Positions 19,166-27,251 of a stretch of 64,000 bases of DNA are shown here, in pieces. The notes beneath the pieces are model-generated. The model was not told the DNA's origin, did no database searches, and saw only the letters and a list, made by a program, of their open reading frames with translations. The translations under genes and the position numbers were made by a program. Source of the DNA: Thermoproteota archaeon (GTDB lineage Archaea; Thermoproteota; Methanomethylicia; Methanomethylicales; Methanomethylicaceae); contig VGLU01000001.1 of assembly GCA_016882195.1 (NCBI GenBank), positions 102,001 through 166,000 of the forward strand. The letters run 5' to 3'. Positions within the stretch are counted from its first letter, which is position 1, and each line of letters starts with the position of its first letter.

Positions 19166-20263
19166 ATGGGCAGAAGGACCCCCTTATTTGGCTTTCACTC
19201 CTCTCACGGTCACATCGGCGACTTCGTTGGTTTTGATATGCCGCTGTGGTACGAGGGCATCGTGCTCGAGGTCACGAGCGTAAGGGAGCGGGCGGGACTC
19301 TTCGACATAAGCCACATGGGCAAGGCCCGCTTTGAGGGAAAGGAGGCGGGGAGGTTTCTGGATCACCTAACCACCAACGAGGTCTCCACCCTCCAGCCGC
19401 TCCAGGCAAGGTACTGCCTCCTCTGCAACGAGGACGGAGGGATCTTGGACGATGTAATCGTGGTCAGATTCGGGGAGGAATACCAAGTTGTTTGGAACGC
19501 ATCGAACAGGGAGAAGAACCTGAAATGGTCGATGGGGCATCTGAAGGGCTTTGATGTAAAGATCGAGGAACTCTCGGACAGATCCTTCATGTTTGCTCTG
19601 CAGGGTCCACTCGCCCAGAAGGTTCTGCAGCCCCTATGCGATGCAGATCTCGCCGGGTTGAAGAGGTTCAGGGGAACGTGGGGGGAGGTAAGGGGGGCGG
19701 AGTGCCTGATCACCAGGACAGGTTACACCGGGGAGGACGGCTTCGAGATCTTCTCCACCCATCCGGAGAGAGCGGAGAAGGTGTGGACGGCGATGCTCTC
19801 ATCGGGTGCCGTTCCCGCGGGGCTCGGTGCGCGGGACGTGCTGAGGACGGAGGCGGGATTCCCGCTCTACGGGCACGATATCAATGAGGCGATTAATCCG
19901 TTTGAGGCGAGGCTGGAGTTCGCCGTCAAGCTCGAGAAGCCGGACTTTCTCGGGAAGGATGCCCTCTTAAAGATCTCAAAGGAGGGCGTGAGGAGGAGGC
20001 GCACCGGCATCAGGATGGTTGACAGGGCAATACCGCGGGAAGGGTTCGAGATATTGCTGGGCGGCAAAGAGATCGGGCATGTGACCAGCGGGACCTATTC
20101 CCCAACCCTGAAGACAGGGATAGCCATGGGCTACATTAATGTGGAGCTGGCGCCGGGGACGGAGGTCTTCATCGACATAAGGGGCAGGGAGAGCAGGGGC
20201 GTCGTCTCGGGCATGCCTTTCTACGACACTGAGAGGTACGGCTGGAAGAGGAAGCAAACTTGA
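19166..20263 (+). CDS. gcvT: glycine-cleavage aminomethyltransferase (T protein)
   Basis: ..LFDISHMGK.., ..TRTGYTGEDGFEI.., ..GLGARDVLRTEAG... Confidence 0.9.
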   Translation: MGRRTPLFGFHSSHGHIGDFVGFDMPLWYEGIVLEVTSVRERAGLFDISHMGKARFEGKEAGRFLDHLTTNEVSTLQPLQARYCLLCNEDGGILDDVIVVRFGEEYQVVWNASNREKNLKWSMGHLKGFDVKIEELSDRSFMFALQGPLAQKVLQPLCDADLAGLKRFRGTWGEVRGAECLITRTGYTGEDGFEIFSTHPERAEKVWTAMLSSGAVPAGLGARDVLRTEAGFPLYGHDINEAINPFEARLEFAVKLEKPDFLGKDALLKISKEGVRRRRTGIRMVDRAIPREGFEILLGGKEIGHVTSGTYSPTLKTGIAMGYINVELAPGTEVFIDIRGRESRGVVSGMPFYDTERYGWKRKQT

Positions 20264-20306
20264 TCAGAATCCATTGCGTGAGGGAAAAATGTGAGGACGC
20301 AGGAAG

Positions 20307-20921
20307 ATGTCAGATGTTGAAATTGTAGAGGTCACCAAGAAGAGTAAGTACGAGAAGTATCTTTACAGATGTCTTGCGCCGATTCCGTACAGAAAATACA
20401 ACAAGAGGTACGCTTATCTCAAGGCAGTCATTCCAAGAGGGCTTCGCAAGAAAATTTTGTTATTCAAAGGAGATGTCGTGGGTCAGATTGAGTATGCGCC
20501 CGCGGGATTGTCCGGCTATCCCATCCAAGGCGACAACGTTGTTGTGATGAACTGCATCTGGGTTCTAAGGAGGGCGAAGGGGCACAATTTTGGAGGGAAG
20601 TTGATGGCTGAGATGATGAAAAGTGAGAAGGGTGCGGCCGGCTTCGCCACATTGGCCTTGGAGGATCACTGGAGTGGCTGGCTGAGGAAGGAGCAGTTAG
20701 AGAGGTTGGGTTTCAAGTCGATTGGTTCGCTCGAGGTTAGGGATAGGGTGAAGCGCAAGGGGCGGCGCTTCTTAATTCACCTGATGTGGCTACCGGTCGT
20801 CAGAGGTGCCAGTCCTCCTGAGTGGGATAAATCAAAGATCCTGCAGGGTGTGGACTTCTGCATCGCCCACCCGCTCTACCGCCCGCAAGGGGTAAAAGAG
20901 AAGGATATTATGGAAGGTTAA
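20307..20921 (+). CDS. hypothetical protein, possibly GNAT-like acetyltransferase fold
   Basis: 204 aa. ..VVGQIEY..MNCIWVLRRAKGHNFGGKLM.. weakly resembles the GNAT acetyl-CoA loop. The assignment is tentative. Confidence 0.4.
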   Translation: MSDVEIVEVTKKSKYEKYLYRCLAPIPYRKYNKRYAYLKAVIPRGLRKKILLFKGDVVGQIEYAPAGLSGYPIQGDNVVVMNCIWVLRRAKGHNFGGKLMAEMMKSEKGAAGFATLALEDHWSGWLRKEQLERLGFKSIGSLEVRDRVKRKGRRFLIHLMWLPVVRGASPPEWDKSKILQGVDFCIAHPLYRPQGVKEKDIMEG

Positions 20922-20936
20922 AAAGCAACCTCCTAT

Positions 20937-21377
20937 TTGACTCAAGTGGTGTCCCGAATGAACATTAACGTAAGCCTCAGCCAGCTCTCCGGGGAGAAGC
21001 TGATGGATCTGGAGAGGGGGGTCACGAACCTTCAAGTGACCACCAACATCAGCATCGTTAGGTTAACCTATGCCGAGGGGATTTTGGACTGCAACTTCGT
21101 CTTTGTGGTCAACTACATACCCGCGGTTGCTAACCTGACCATAAAGGGGTCGGCGAGGGTCACCGGGGATAAGAGTGAGCTTGAGCAGATAAAGAAGGCA
21201 TTTGATGACAAGAAGGCGCTTCCACCTCCGATCCTCCAGACAATAGCGAACGTCTCCTTCTTAGAGGGGATAGTGCTTGCCAGATCTCTAAACATACCGC
21301 CTCCGATCCCTCTGCCCGCCCTTGCGCAACAGCAGGAGAACAAGGAGGGCGGGGTCAGACCGAGCTACATCGCCTAG
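20937..21377 (+). CDS. hypothetical protein
   Basis: 146-aa ORF (TTG start; alternative ATG at 20958). No confident family. The C-terminus is proline-rich. Confidence 0.45.
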   Translation: MTQVVSRMNINVSLSQLSGEKLMDLERGVTNLQVTTNISIVRLTYAEGILDCNFVFVVNYIPAVANLTIKGSARVTGDKSELEQIKKAFDDKKALPPPILQTIANVSFLEGIVLARSLNIPPPIPLPALAQQQENKEGGVRPSYIA

Positions 21378-21387
21378 ACTACCTTAG

Positions 21388-21723
21388 TTGCCTCGAGAAC
21401 CAGTCAGCAATGTGGTCAGGGAGCTTGAGCAGGACGGCGTGATCCTGAAGTACACGATGAAGGTGGACTGGCGCAAACTTGGCTACAGCTCGATATTCTG
21501 CATCCAGATAGCCACCACGCCCGATGCGGATATAGGCGGCGTGGGAAGGAGCCTCAGGAAGATACCCTCCCTGAAGGAGGTCTTCTACACCACTGGGGAT
21601 ATGAGCTTCTCAGCATACGTCGTCGCGAGGGATACGGAAGAGGCCACATCCACCATTCAGAAGCTGAGGGAGATCCCGGGCGTTGAGCGCGTGGTCCCCC
21701 ACCTGGTGCTGAAGGTATTCTGA
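21388..21723 (+). CDS. Lrp/AsnC-family protein lacking most of the HTH (RAM ligand-binding domain retained)
   Basis: ..VVRELEQDGVILKYT.. is the end of a wHTH, followed by a full RAM domain (..FCIQIAT..VFYTTGDMSFSAYVVARD..). An in-frame stop lies immediately upstream of TTG 21388. Confidence 0.65.
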   Translation: MPREPVSNVVRELEQDGVILKYTMKVDWRKLGYSSIFCIQIATTPDADIGGVGRSLRKIPSLKEVFYTTGDMSFSAYVVARDTEEATSTIQKLREIPGVERVVPHLVLKVF

Positions 21724-21794
21724 GGGCGCACGTCCAATGCCATTTTTATAGTGCTAAAAAATGCTGTTAAAAAAGGAGAGAAGAAAGAAGGAGA

Positions 21795-22529
21795 TTACTT
21801 TGCGATCTGCCTGTAGTCGACCTTCTTCCTCGAGTCTGGGATCATCTTCTGGGACATCTGTTTGAGGGCGTTGGCAATTCCATCGAGTTCCTTGAACGGT
21901 ATCCCGATTATCATCTCGGTCTCTGCGAAGTCCGGATTGTTCTTCCTGCAACCCCAGCAGCCCAGAGAGAGGTTCACCTTGCCGGTCTTGTACGGTATTA
22001 TGGTGGAGTCCACGCATATGGCATTGAAGGAGGCAGTGTTCAACGAGATCCTACCACCAGTGGTGAAGACCGATGCCACCAGGATCCAATCTATGGACTC
22101 CGGTGGGCCTATGACCAGCACCACGTCCGGGTCCACGGGCGTGGCCTCCAAAGGCGTAACCACGGTTGCCGCAGCTTCCCCGGCAATGAGCTCGGGCCTC
22201 TGGTCGATCATCCTCTTGGCGGCCTCTGGGGAGGCAAAGCCACCAATGTTGTAGTGTAACTCGCCGCTCTTTATCTTGGGTGGCGTCTCCATCTGGCCTA
22301 GTGCGGACGCCCCGGCCCCGCAGGAGTCTTTCTTGGCAGGCAGAACCAGAGACTTACCATTTCTCGCCTCACAAATGGCGTTGCAGTACCTCATGTGTAT
22401 GTCAGACTCCGGGACGTTCGCTGGGATGCTCTCGCCTTGCTTGATCAGCTTTACGGCAACAGGCGACCCCTTTAACCTGAGTACTTCCTTGAACATTGCA
22501 GATATTTCGGCGTAGTTCATTCCATTCAC
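21795..22529 (-). CDS. DUF169 domain protein
   Basis: ..LKGSPVAVKLI..MRYCNAICEARNGKS..CGAGASALG.. is a typical DUF169 pattern (from memory). Confidence 0.7.
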   Translation of the reverse strand: MNGMNYAEISAMFKEVLRLKGSPVAVKLIKQGESIPANVPESDIHMRYCNAICEARNGKSLVLPAKKDSCGAGASALGQMETPPKIKSGELHYNIGGFASPEAAKRMIDQRPELIAGEAAATVVTPLEATPVDPDVVLVIGPPESIDWILVASVFTTGGRISLNTASFNAICVDSTIIPYKTGKVNLSLGCWGCRKNNPDFAETEMIIGIPFKELDGIANALKQMSQKMIPDSRKKVDYRQIAK

Positions 22530-22620
22530 CGTAATTAAATGGTTTGATATTTTATTAAGCTTTATCGGAGAAACGAGCGCCGTCCAACAGGGGTGCGCAG
22601 AAGTTTATGGCGTCAGGGTG

Positions 22621-23175
22621 TTATTCAACGAGCAGCAGACCGTAGTATGAGGGGGTCTCATCCTCGCTCTTCACCACTCTCAGATCGAAGCCCGCCTTCC
22701 TCACGGTGGCAAAGACGTCAACCCCGCAGCTCTCCATGGATGGCCTGACGAGGTCAGGGTATTTGCACTTCTTAAGGTCGCACTCCTCGCAACGCGGGCA
22801 GGGCCCGGCAGCGAGCCCAAACGCCGCGTAGTGTCCACCAAGAAAGGCCTCCCTCTCGATCTTGATCATGTGGTCGTGAACCTCGTCCTCCTCTCTTCGC
22901 CCATCGAACTTGATGAGGATGGCCCAACGGTACTCCTTCAGGATCCTCCTGAACTCTTCGGGCGTTGGGGTATAGGGAGGGCATGTGAGTGATCTCCCAT
23001 AACCGCCGCATCCAAATTGGCATTTTAGCCGGACCCAGTTCCGTACTACGACATCTCCTGCTCCAATCAGTCTGGCATCCACAGCCCCAATTTTTTTAGC
23101 AACGTTACACAGCCCGTTCAGGCGATCCTTGTTGCTTGAGGTCATAACCCTCCCTGCCCATCCATCAGGGTGCAT
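22621..23175 (-). CDS. DUF2284-type predicted metal-binding protein
   Basis: ..LKCQFGCGGYGRSLTCPPYTPTP.. and ..GPCPRCEECDLKKC... Confidence 0.7.
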   Translation of the reverse strand: MHPDGWAGRVMTSSNKDRLNGLCNVAKKIGAVDARLIGAGDVVVRNWVRLKCQFGCGGYGRSLTCPPYTPTPEEFRRILKEYRWAILIKFDGRREEDEVHDHMIKIEREAFLGGHYAAFGLAAGPCPRCEECDLKKCKYPDLVRPSMESCGVDVFATVRKAGFDLRVVKSEDETPSYYGLLLVE

Positions 23176-23229
23176 TATACTCAGAGGAGGGGTTATTTAT
23201 GCATTCCAACGAGGGCTTAAAGTACGGCG

Positions 23230-24363
23230 ATGGGTATGGAATACATGAGGATGCTTGGGGTAGCGACCTTGCAGACCCGAGTCGTGATGCTGGTGGATCT
23301 TGACTACTTCTTTGCACAGGTGGAGGAGAGAAGGAACCCGTCCATAAGGGATAAGCCCGTGGTGGTCTGCGTCTACTCCGGACGAACCGAGGAGAGCGGT
23401 GTCGTGAGCACCGCCAACTACATAGCGAGGCGGTTCGGCGTCAGGTCTGGGATGCCCATCATCCTTGCAAAGAAGAGGCTCAAGGGTGTGGAGGCCGTAT
23501 TCCTGCCGGTGGATCATGACTACTACGAGGAGGTCTCGGAGAGGGTAACGACGATCCTTAGGGGCAACGCCGACGACTTCGAGCGGGTAGGGATAGACGA
23601 GGCGTACCTCGAGGTCAGCCGGAGGGTTGAGGGGGACTTTGGGAGGGCTGCCGCGCTCGCCCAGCTGATAAAGGGCGAGGTCAGGGACAGGGAGGGGCTC
23701 ACGTGCTCGGTGGGCGTGGGACCCAACAAGGTCGTGGCAAAGATAGCGGCGGATGCCAAGAAGCCCGACGGTCTCACGGTTGTTCGACCGGGGGAGGTCG
23801 TTCCCTTTCTCTCCCCACTCCCAGCGGATAGCCTGATCGGCGTGGGGAAGAAGACGGCGGAGAGGCTGGAGGCTCTAGGGGTAAAGACCATCGGTGACCT
23901 GGCGAATTATGACGTGCAGAGGCTGATCGAGTGCTTCGGGAAGAGCCTCGGCACCTACCTGCACAATGCCTCGAATGGCATAGACGACGAGCCCGTCCAA
24001 GAGAGGGGGGAGGCGGAGTCCATAAGCAGGATCGCAACGCTGAAGGAGGACACGCTGGATCTGCGAGGGATTATAGAGGTGACGGACCGGCTGTGCAAGG
24101 AGATCCATGAGAGTCTCGTGCAGAGGGGGCTCAGCTTCAAGTCGGTCGGTATAGTGGCGGTCATGAAGGACCTGAGCATCCGAACCCGTTCTAGGACCCT
24201 TGAGAGCCCAACGGACGATGTGGGGGTATTGAGGGGGGCTGTTAAGGAACTCTTCGAGAGGTTCCTCGGCGAGTCCGAGATCGAGGCGAGGAGGGTGGGC
24301 GTGCGCGTCTCGGGCCTCGTGAAGGGGATGGAGACGCAGAGACGGCTGACGAGCTTCTTTTAA
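23230..24363 (+). CDS. dinB: Y-family DNA polymerase IV (Dpo4/DinB)
   Basis: ..MLVDLDYFFAQVEERRNP.., ..IDEAYLEV.., ..SVGVGPNKVVAKIA... The start may instead be Met 23287. Confidence 0.9.
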   Translation: MGMEYMRMLGVATLQTRVVMLVDLDYFFAQVEERRNPSIRDKPVVVCVYSGRTEESGVVSTANYIARRFGVRSGMPIILAKKRLKGVEAVFLPVDHDYYEEVSERVTTILRGNADDFERVGIDEAYLEVSRRVEGDFGRAAALAQLIKGEVRDREGLTCSVGVGPNKVVAKIAADAKKPDGLTVVRPGEVVPFLSPLPADSLIGVGKKTAERLEALGVKTIGDLANYDVQRLIECFGKSLGTYLHNASNGIDDEPVQERGEAESISRIATLKEDTLDLRGIIEVTDRLCKEIHESLVQRGLSFKSVGIVAVMKDLSIRTRSRTLESPTDDVGVLRGAVKELFERFLGESEIEARRVGVRVSGLVKGMETQRRLTSFF

Positions 24364-24457
24364 TCAGCGCGGTTTTATAAAAATAGAAGGAACCTAGCTT
24401 CCCATGAGGCCAGGGTTGTTATTATTAGATTCTTGATGGACAAGAGAGCCGGAGAAG

Positions 24458-24673
24458 ATGGGCAATTTCTCGCTCGGAAGGCTTATCTGTCGTAGTCAAC
24501 CGATGTTATTTCGAGGTGAGTTGTTGAACGTCAAATTGCTTGTTGACGGCGAGGAGATAGACCTGAACGACTTCGTCGTCAAGATCCTTGGAGGAATGGT
24601 GGGAGGGGCTGTGACCTCCTTAAGGGGCATAAGAGAGGACTGGAAGCAAATCGAGATAAAGGTAAAGAAATGA
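24458..24673 (+). CDS. hypothetical small protein
   Basis: 71-aa ORF with no motif. A TATA-like TTTTATAAAAATA lies at about 24372-24386. Coding status is uncertain. Confidence 0.3.
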   Translation: MGNFSLGRLICRSQPMLFRGELLNVKLLVDGEEIDLNDFVVKILGGMVGGAVTSLRGIREDWKQIEIKVKK

Positions 24674-24702
24674 GGGCGCAGGAAAGACGGTCGAGGAAGA
24701 AG

Positions 24703-25257
24703 CTAGACGGTCGTCGTCCTCAGTTTTACCTCGGCGAACATCTCCCTCTTCGCCTTGCATATGGGGCAGATGTACGGCGGCTCCTCCCGGAAGACGACGT
24801 AGCCGCACTGCTTGCAGTACCAGAACTTCATCTTGCCCTCGCCCTCCAATTCCTCGGATGGTTCTTTTGCCACGGCCGCGGCCGGCTCTCCAGTGGGCGT
24901 GGAACCTGTGGCAACCGCGAACGCCCTGGCCTGCTTCTCGGGCGGTCTCCGCTCCGGCACAGGCTGTATCTTGACCTTGCCCTCGTAGATGTCCTTCCTA
25001 ACGTAGAGCGCGCAGTAGCAGGCGCCGAACTCCTCCACATCTGGGTCCCGGTAGTCGCATGGGCATATTATGTCCCTGTCTACATCGAACCTGCCGGTGG
25101 CGATCCTGCAGGGGCAGGAGGGGTAGCCGAAGCGCGCCTCGTTGGTCTTGAGACCCTCAAGGAGGTCCTTCAGGAAGGCAGGATCAGGGTTCAGCTCGTA
25201 GCCGCTGGACTTTGCGTTGCTCGCGACCCTCTGCCTAACCTGATCGAGGGTTATCAA
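24703..25257 (-). CDS. ferredoxin:thioredoxin-reductase catalytic-subunit-like domain fused to rubredoxin (FDR-type disulfide reductase)
   Basis: CPC..CPC..CYC cluster/disulfide motifs (..YPSCPCRIA..IICPCDYRD..GACYCALY..). C-terminal rubredoxin ..WYCKQCGY..YICPICKA.. Confidence 0.8.
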   Translation of the reverse strand: MITLDQVRQRVASNAKSSGYELNPDPAFLKDLLEGLKTNEARFGYPSCPCRIATGRFDVDRDIICPCDYRDPDVEEFGACYCALYVRKDIYEGKVKIQPVPERRPPEKQARAFAVATGSTPTGEPAAAVAKEPSEELEGEGKMKFWYCKQCGYVVFREEPPYICPICKAKREMFAEVKLRTTTV

Positions 25258-25538
25258 CCCGCAAGGGCCTCCTCAATCTTGTCCTCGCGGAACCCGACGA
25301 CCAGCGTCTTGTCGTCCACAATAACTAGGGGGAAGGTCATGCCCGCGCCCCTCCTAGTTATGTCCGCCCTTACCCTCTTTAGGTCCTCCTCGCTGCAGAG
25401 GTCGACGTCCACGAACTCGAACTCGACCCCCTTGTCCTGAAGGAGCCTCTTCGTCTTCTTGCACCAGGCGCAGGTGCTCAGGGCATACAGAAAGACCTTG
25501 TGCTTCTTATTGGTGCCGGGAACCCTCTCGATCTTCAT
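25254..25538 (-). CDS. glutaredoxin-like (NrdH/YruB-type) protein, CAWC active site
   Basis: ..VFLYALSTCAWCKKTKRLL..GVEFEFVDVD..TFPLVIVDD... The 3' end overlaps the FDR start by 4 nt. Confidence 0.8.
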   Translation of the reverse strand: MKIERVPGTNKKHKVFLYALSTCAWCKKTKRLLQDKGVEFEFVDVDLCSEEDLKRVRADITRRGAGMTFPLVIVDDKTLVVGFREDKIEEALAG

Positions 25539-25651
25539 AATGTACCACAGAGGAGAATTGGACTCGGTTCGATATAACTTTATCAGGAATAGAGTAGGTT
25601 GTTCAGAGGTAGCCGTTGTTCCATGTTTAACCTTGCGTCGCAGTGTTTAAA

Positions 25652-25675
25652 TAGTTACATAGTTATGTAGTTATA
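25652..25675 (+). repeat. three tandem 8-bp repeats TAGTTACA TAGTTATG TAGTTATA
   Basis: Read directly. Located just downstream of a GTTTAAATA box and 40-63 nt upstream of the vapB-like start at 25715. Confidence 0.6.
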
Positions 25676-25714
25676 TGGTGGCTAAAAATTAGCTCCGGAA
25701 AGGATGAGAGGTAC

Positions 25715-25942
25715 GTGACGATCTCTGTTCCTCCCCGCGTCAAGAAGGCCCTTCAGAGGGCAAAGAGGGATAGAGAATGGGGGGAGTACCTTATGGAACT
25801 CTACAGCGAGAACCTGAGGCTTAGGCAAGAGAAGGCGTATGAGGAGCTCAGGGAACTGCTCACGCCTGAGGAACTTGCAGAGATCGAGGCATCGTCCAAG
25901 GGGTTCAGAAGATCCTTCAGGATGAGAGAGGGCGGCCGTTAG
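25715..25942 (+). CDS. vapB: VapB-like antitoxin
   Basis: 75 aa, ..ISVPPRVKKALQRAK... Immediately upstream of a PIN gene. Confidence 0.55.
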   Translation: MTISVPPRVKKALQRAKRDREWGEYLMELYSENLRLRQEKAYEELRELLTPEELAEIEASSKGFRRSFRMREGGR

Positions 25943-25958
25943 CGGCGGGGAACAGAGC

Positions 25959-26300
25959 TTGATACTTGACACGTCCGCGGTTATTGAGGCGCTGAAGGGC
26001 GGGGAATTTGAGGCGGGCAGGGTCTCCGTGATTACGCTGATCGAGGTCCTCAGGGGCATTAGACCCGGTAAAAGGGAGAGAACCAAAAGGCTGCTTGAGG
26101 AGGCTTATGAGGTTGTTGACGTCCACAATGATGTTGTGCTGAGGTACTGCGCGCTGTATGATAAGCTCAAAAATAAGGGCGAGATGTTGCCCGATGCTGA
26201 CCTTTTGATTGCGGCTACGGCACTGGCAGAGGAAGAGTCTTTAAAGACGAAGGATACAGACTTTGAGCGCTTAAAGCCGTTGGGACTTCAGCTAGAGTGA
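25959..26300 (+). CDS. vapC: PIN-domain toxin VapC
   Basis: ..ILDTSAVIEAL.., ..LPDADLLIAATALAEE... Confidence 0.8.
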   Translation: MILDTSAVIEALKGGEFEAGRVSVITLIEVLRGIRPGKRERTKRLLEEAYEVVDVHNDVVLRYCALYDKLKNKGEMLPDADLLIAATALAEEESLKTKDTDFERLKPLGLQLE

Positions 26301-26354
26301 GAGAAGGGTTAGTAGTTTTAGAGCAGCTGACCCACCATTCGGAAGATCTAGCCT

Positions 26355-26615
26355 TTACAGGACGCCCGCTTCCCTGATCGCTTCTCTGAGGGTCTTCTTG
26401 GTCGGGCAGACTCCTATTATCCGCACGTCCCTGTCGATTATTATTGCGGGGCTGACGGCCAGGCCGTACTCCTTAGCCTTCTCGGAGGGACCCCTGTAGA
26501 CCTCTACCTCCACCTTGTCTCCGTACTCCTCCTTTATCTCGTCCACCAGCCTGAGCATTAAACGCCCTCCAGAGCACGAGGGCTGGGACGTGAATACCTC
26601 TATCTTCAGCGGCAC
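26355..26615 (-). CDS. thioredoxin-fold small protein (Thioredoxin_3/MTH895-like), degenerate CSGG site
   Basis: 86 aa and alignable with the two upstream paralogs. It has ..QPSCSGG.. where they have CxxC. The GTG start directly abuts the upstream stop. Confidence 0.7.
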   Translation of the reverse strand: MPLKIEVFTSQPSCSGGRLMLRLVDEIKEEYGDKVEVEVYRGPSEKAKEYGLAVSPAIIIDRDVRIIGVCPTKKTLREAIREAGVL

Positions 26616-26876
26616 TCAGTCCACCCCCAGCTCCCGGAGGGATGCAGTTAAAGTCTCCATGTCCGGGCATACCCCCATGATCATTATCCTCCCCTCCTCG
26701 AATACAACTGCTGGAACCATCGTTAGGTTGTAGCGCTTGAACTCGTCGCACGGACCGATGTGCTTCACGACGTTGACTTTTTTGCCGTACTTCTTCGCAA
26801 TGACATCGGCTATCTTCAGAAGCTCCACGCATCCTGCGCAAGGCGGCTCGGCTGTGAAGAACTCCACCTTGACCAT
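26616..26876 (-). CDS. thioredoxin-fold small protein (Thioredoxin_3/MTH895-like), CAGC site
   Basis: 86 aa, ..EPPCAGC.. and ..MVPAVVFEEGRIMIMGVCP... Confidence 0.75.
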   Translation of the reverse strand: MVKVEFFTAEPPCAGCVELLKIADVIAKKYGKKVNVVKHIGPCDEFKRYNLTMVPAVVFEEGRIMIMGVCPDMETLTASLRELGVD

Positions 26877-26877
26877 C

Positions 26878-27144
26878 TTAGTTACCCCCCATCTCCTTCT
26901 GGAGGATCTTCTTGAACTCCTCCTTCGTAGGGACCTTGCCGGACAGGATCACCTTATCGTTTATGACCACCGCGGGGGTCAGCATGATGTCGTACCTGTC
27001 CGCCTCCTCCGACATGGCCGAGATGTGGACGACCTTTGCGCTGAGCCCCAGCTCCGCTACGGCCGCAGTGGCAACCCTCTCGGTTGCCTTGCACTTGGCG
27101 CAGGGCGGCTCTCCCCCGAATATCTTTATCACCTGCTCCGCCAT
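26878..27144 (-). CDS. thioredoxin-fold small protein (Thioredoxin_3/MTH895-like), CAKC site
   Basis: 88 aa, ..EPPCAKC.. and ..LTPAVVINDKVILSGKVP... Confidence 0.75.
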   Translation of the reverse strand: MAEQVIKIFGGEPPCAKCKATERVATAAVAELGLSAKVVHISAMSEEADRYDIMLTPAVVINDKVILSGKVPTKEEFKKILQKEMGGN

Positions 27145-27251
27145 GTTTTCACCCTTGATTTACTAATTACGATTTGTCGATTTAACTTTATCGGCGGGAA
27201 GTCCCCTTCCTTCAGGGAGGGGTAGTTCACATGACTATTGGACGGTGGGTA

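Noticed and set aside
24670-25440. 256-aa plus-strand ORF over the FDR/Grx genes
   Set aside because: It is antisense to two genes with unambiguous Cys motifs. Its translation is A/L/R/G-rich with no motifs.
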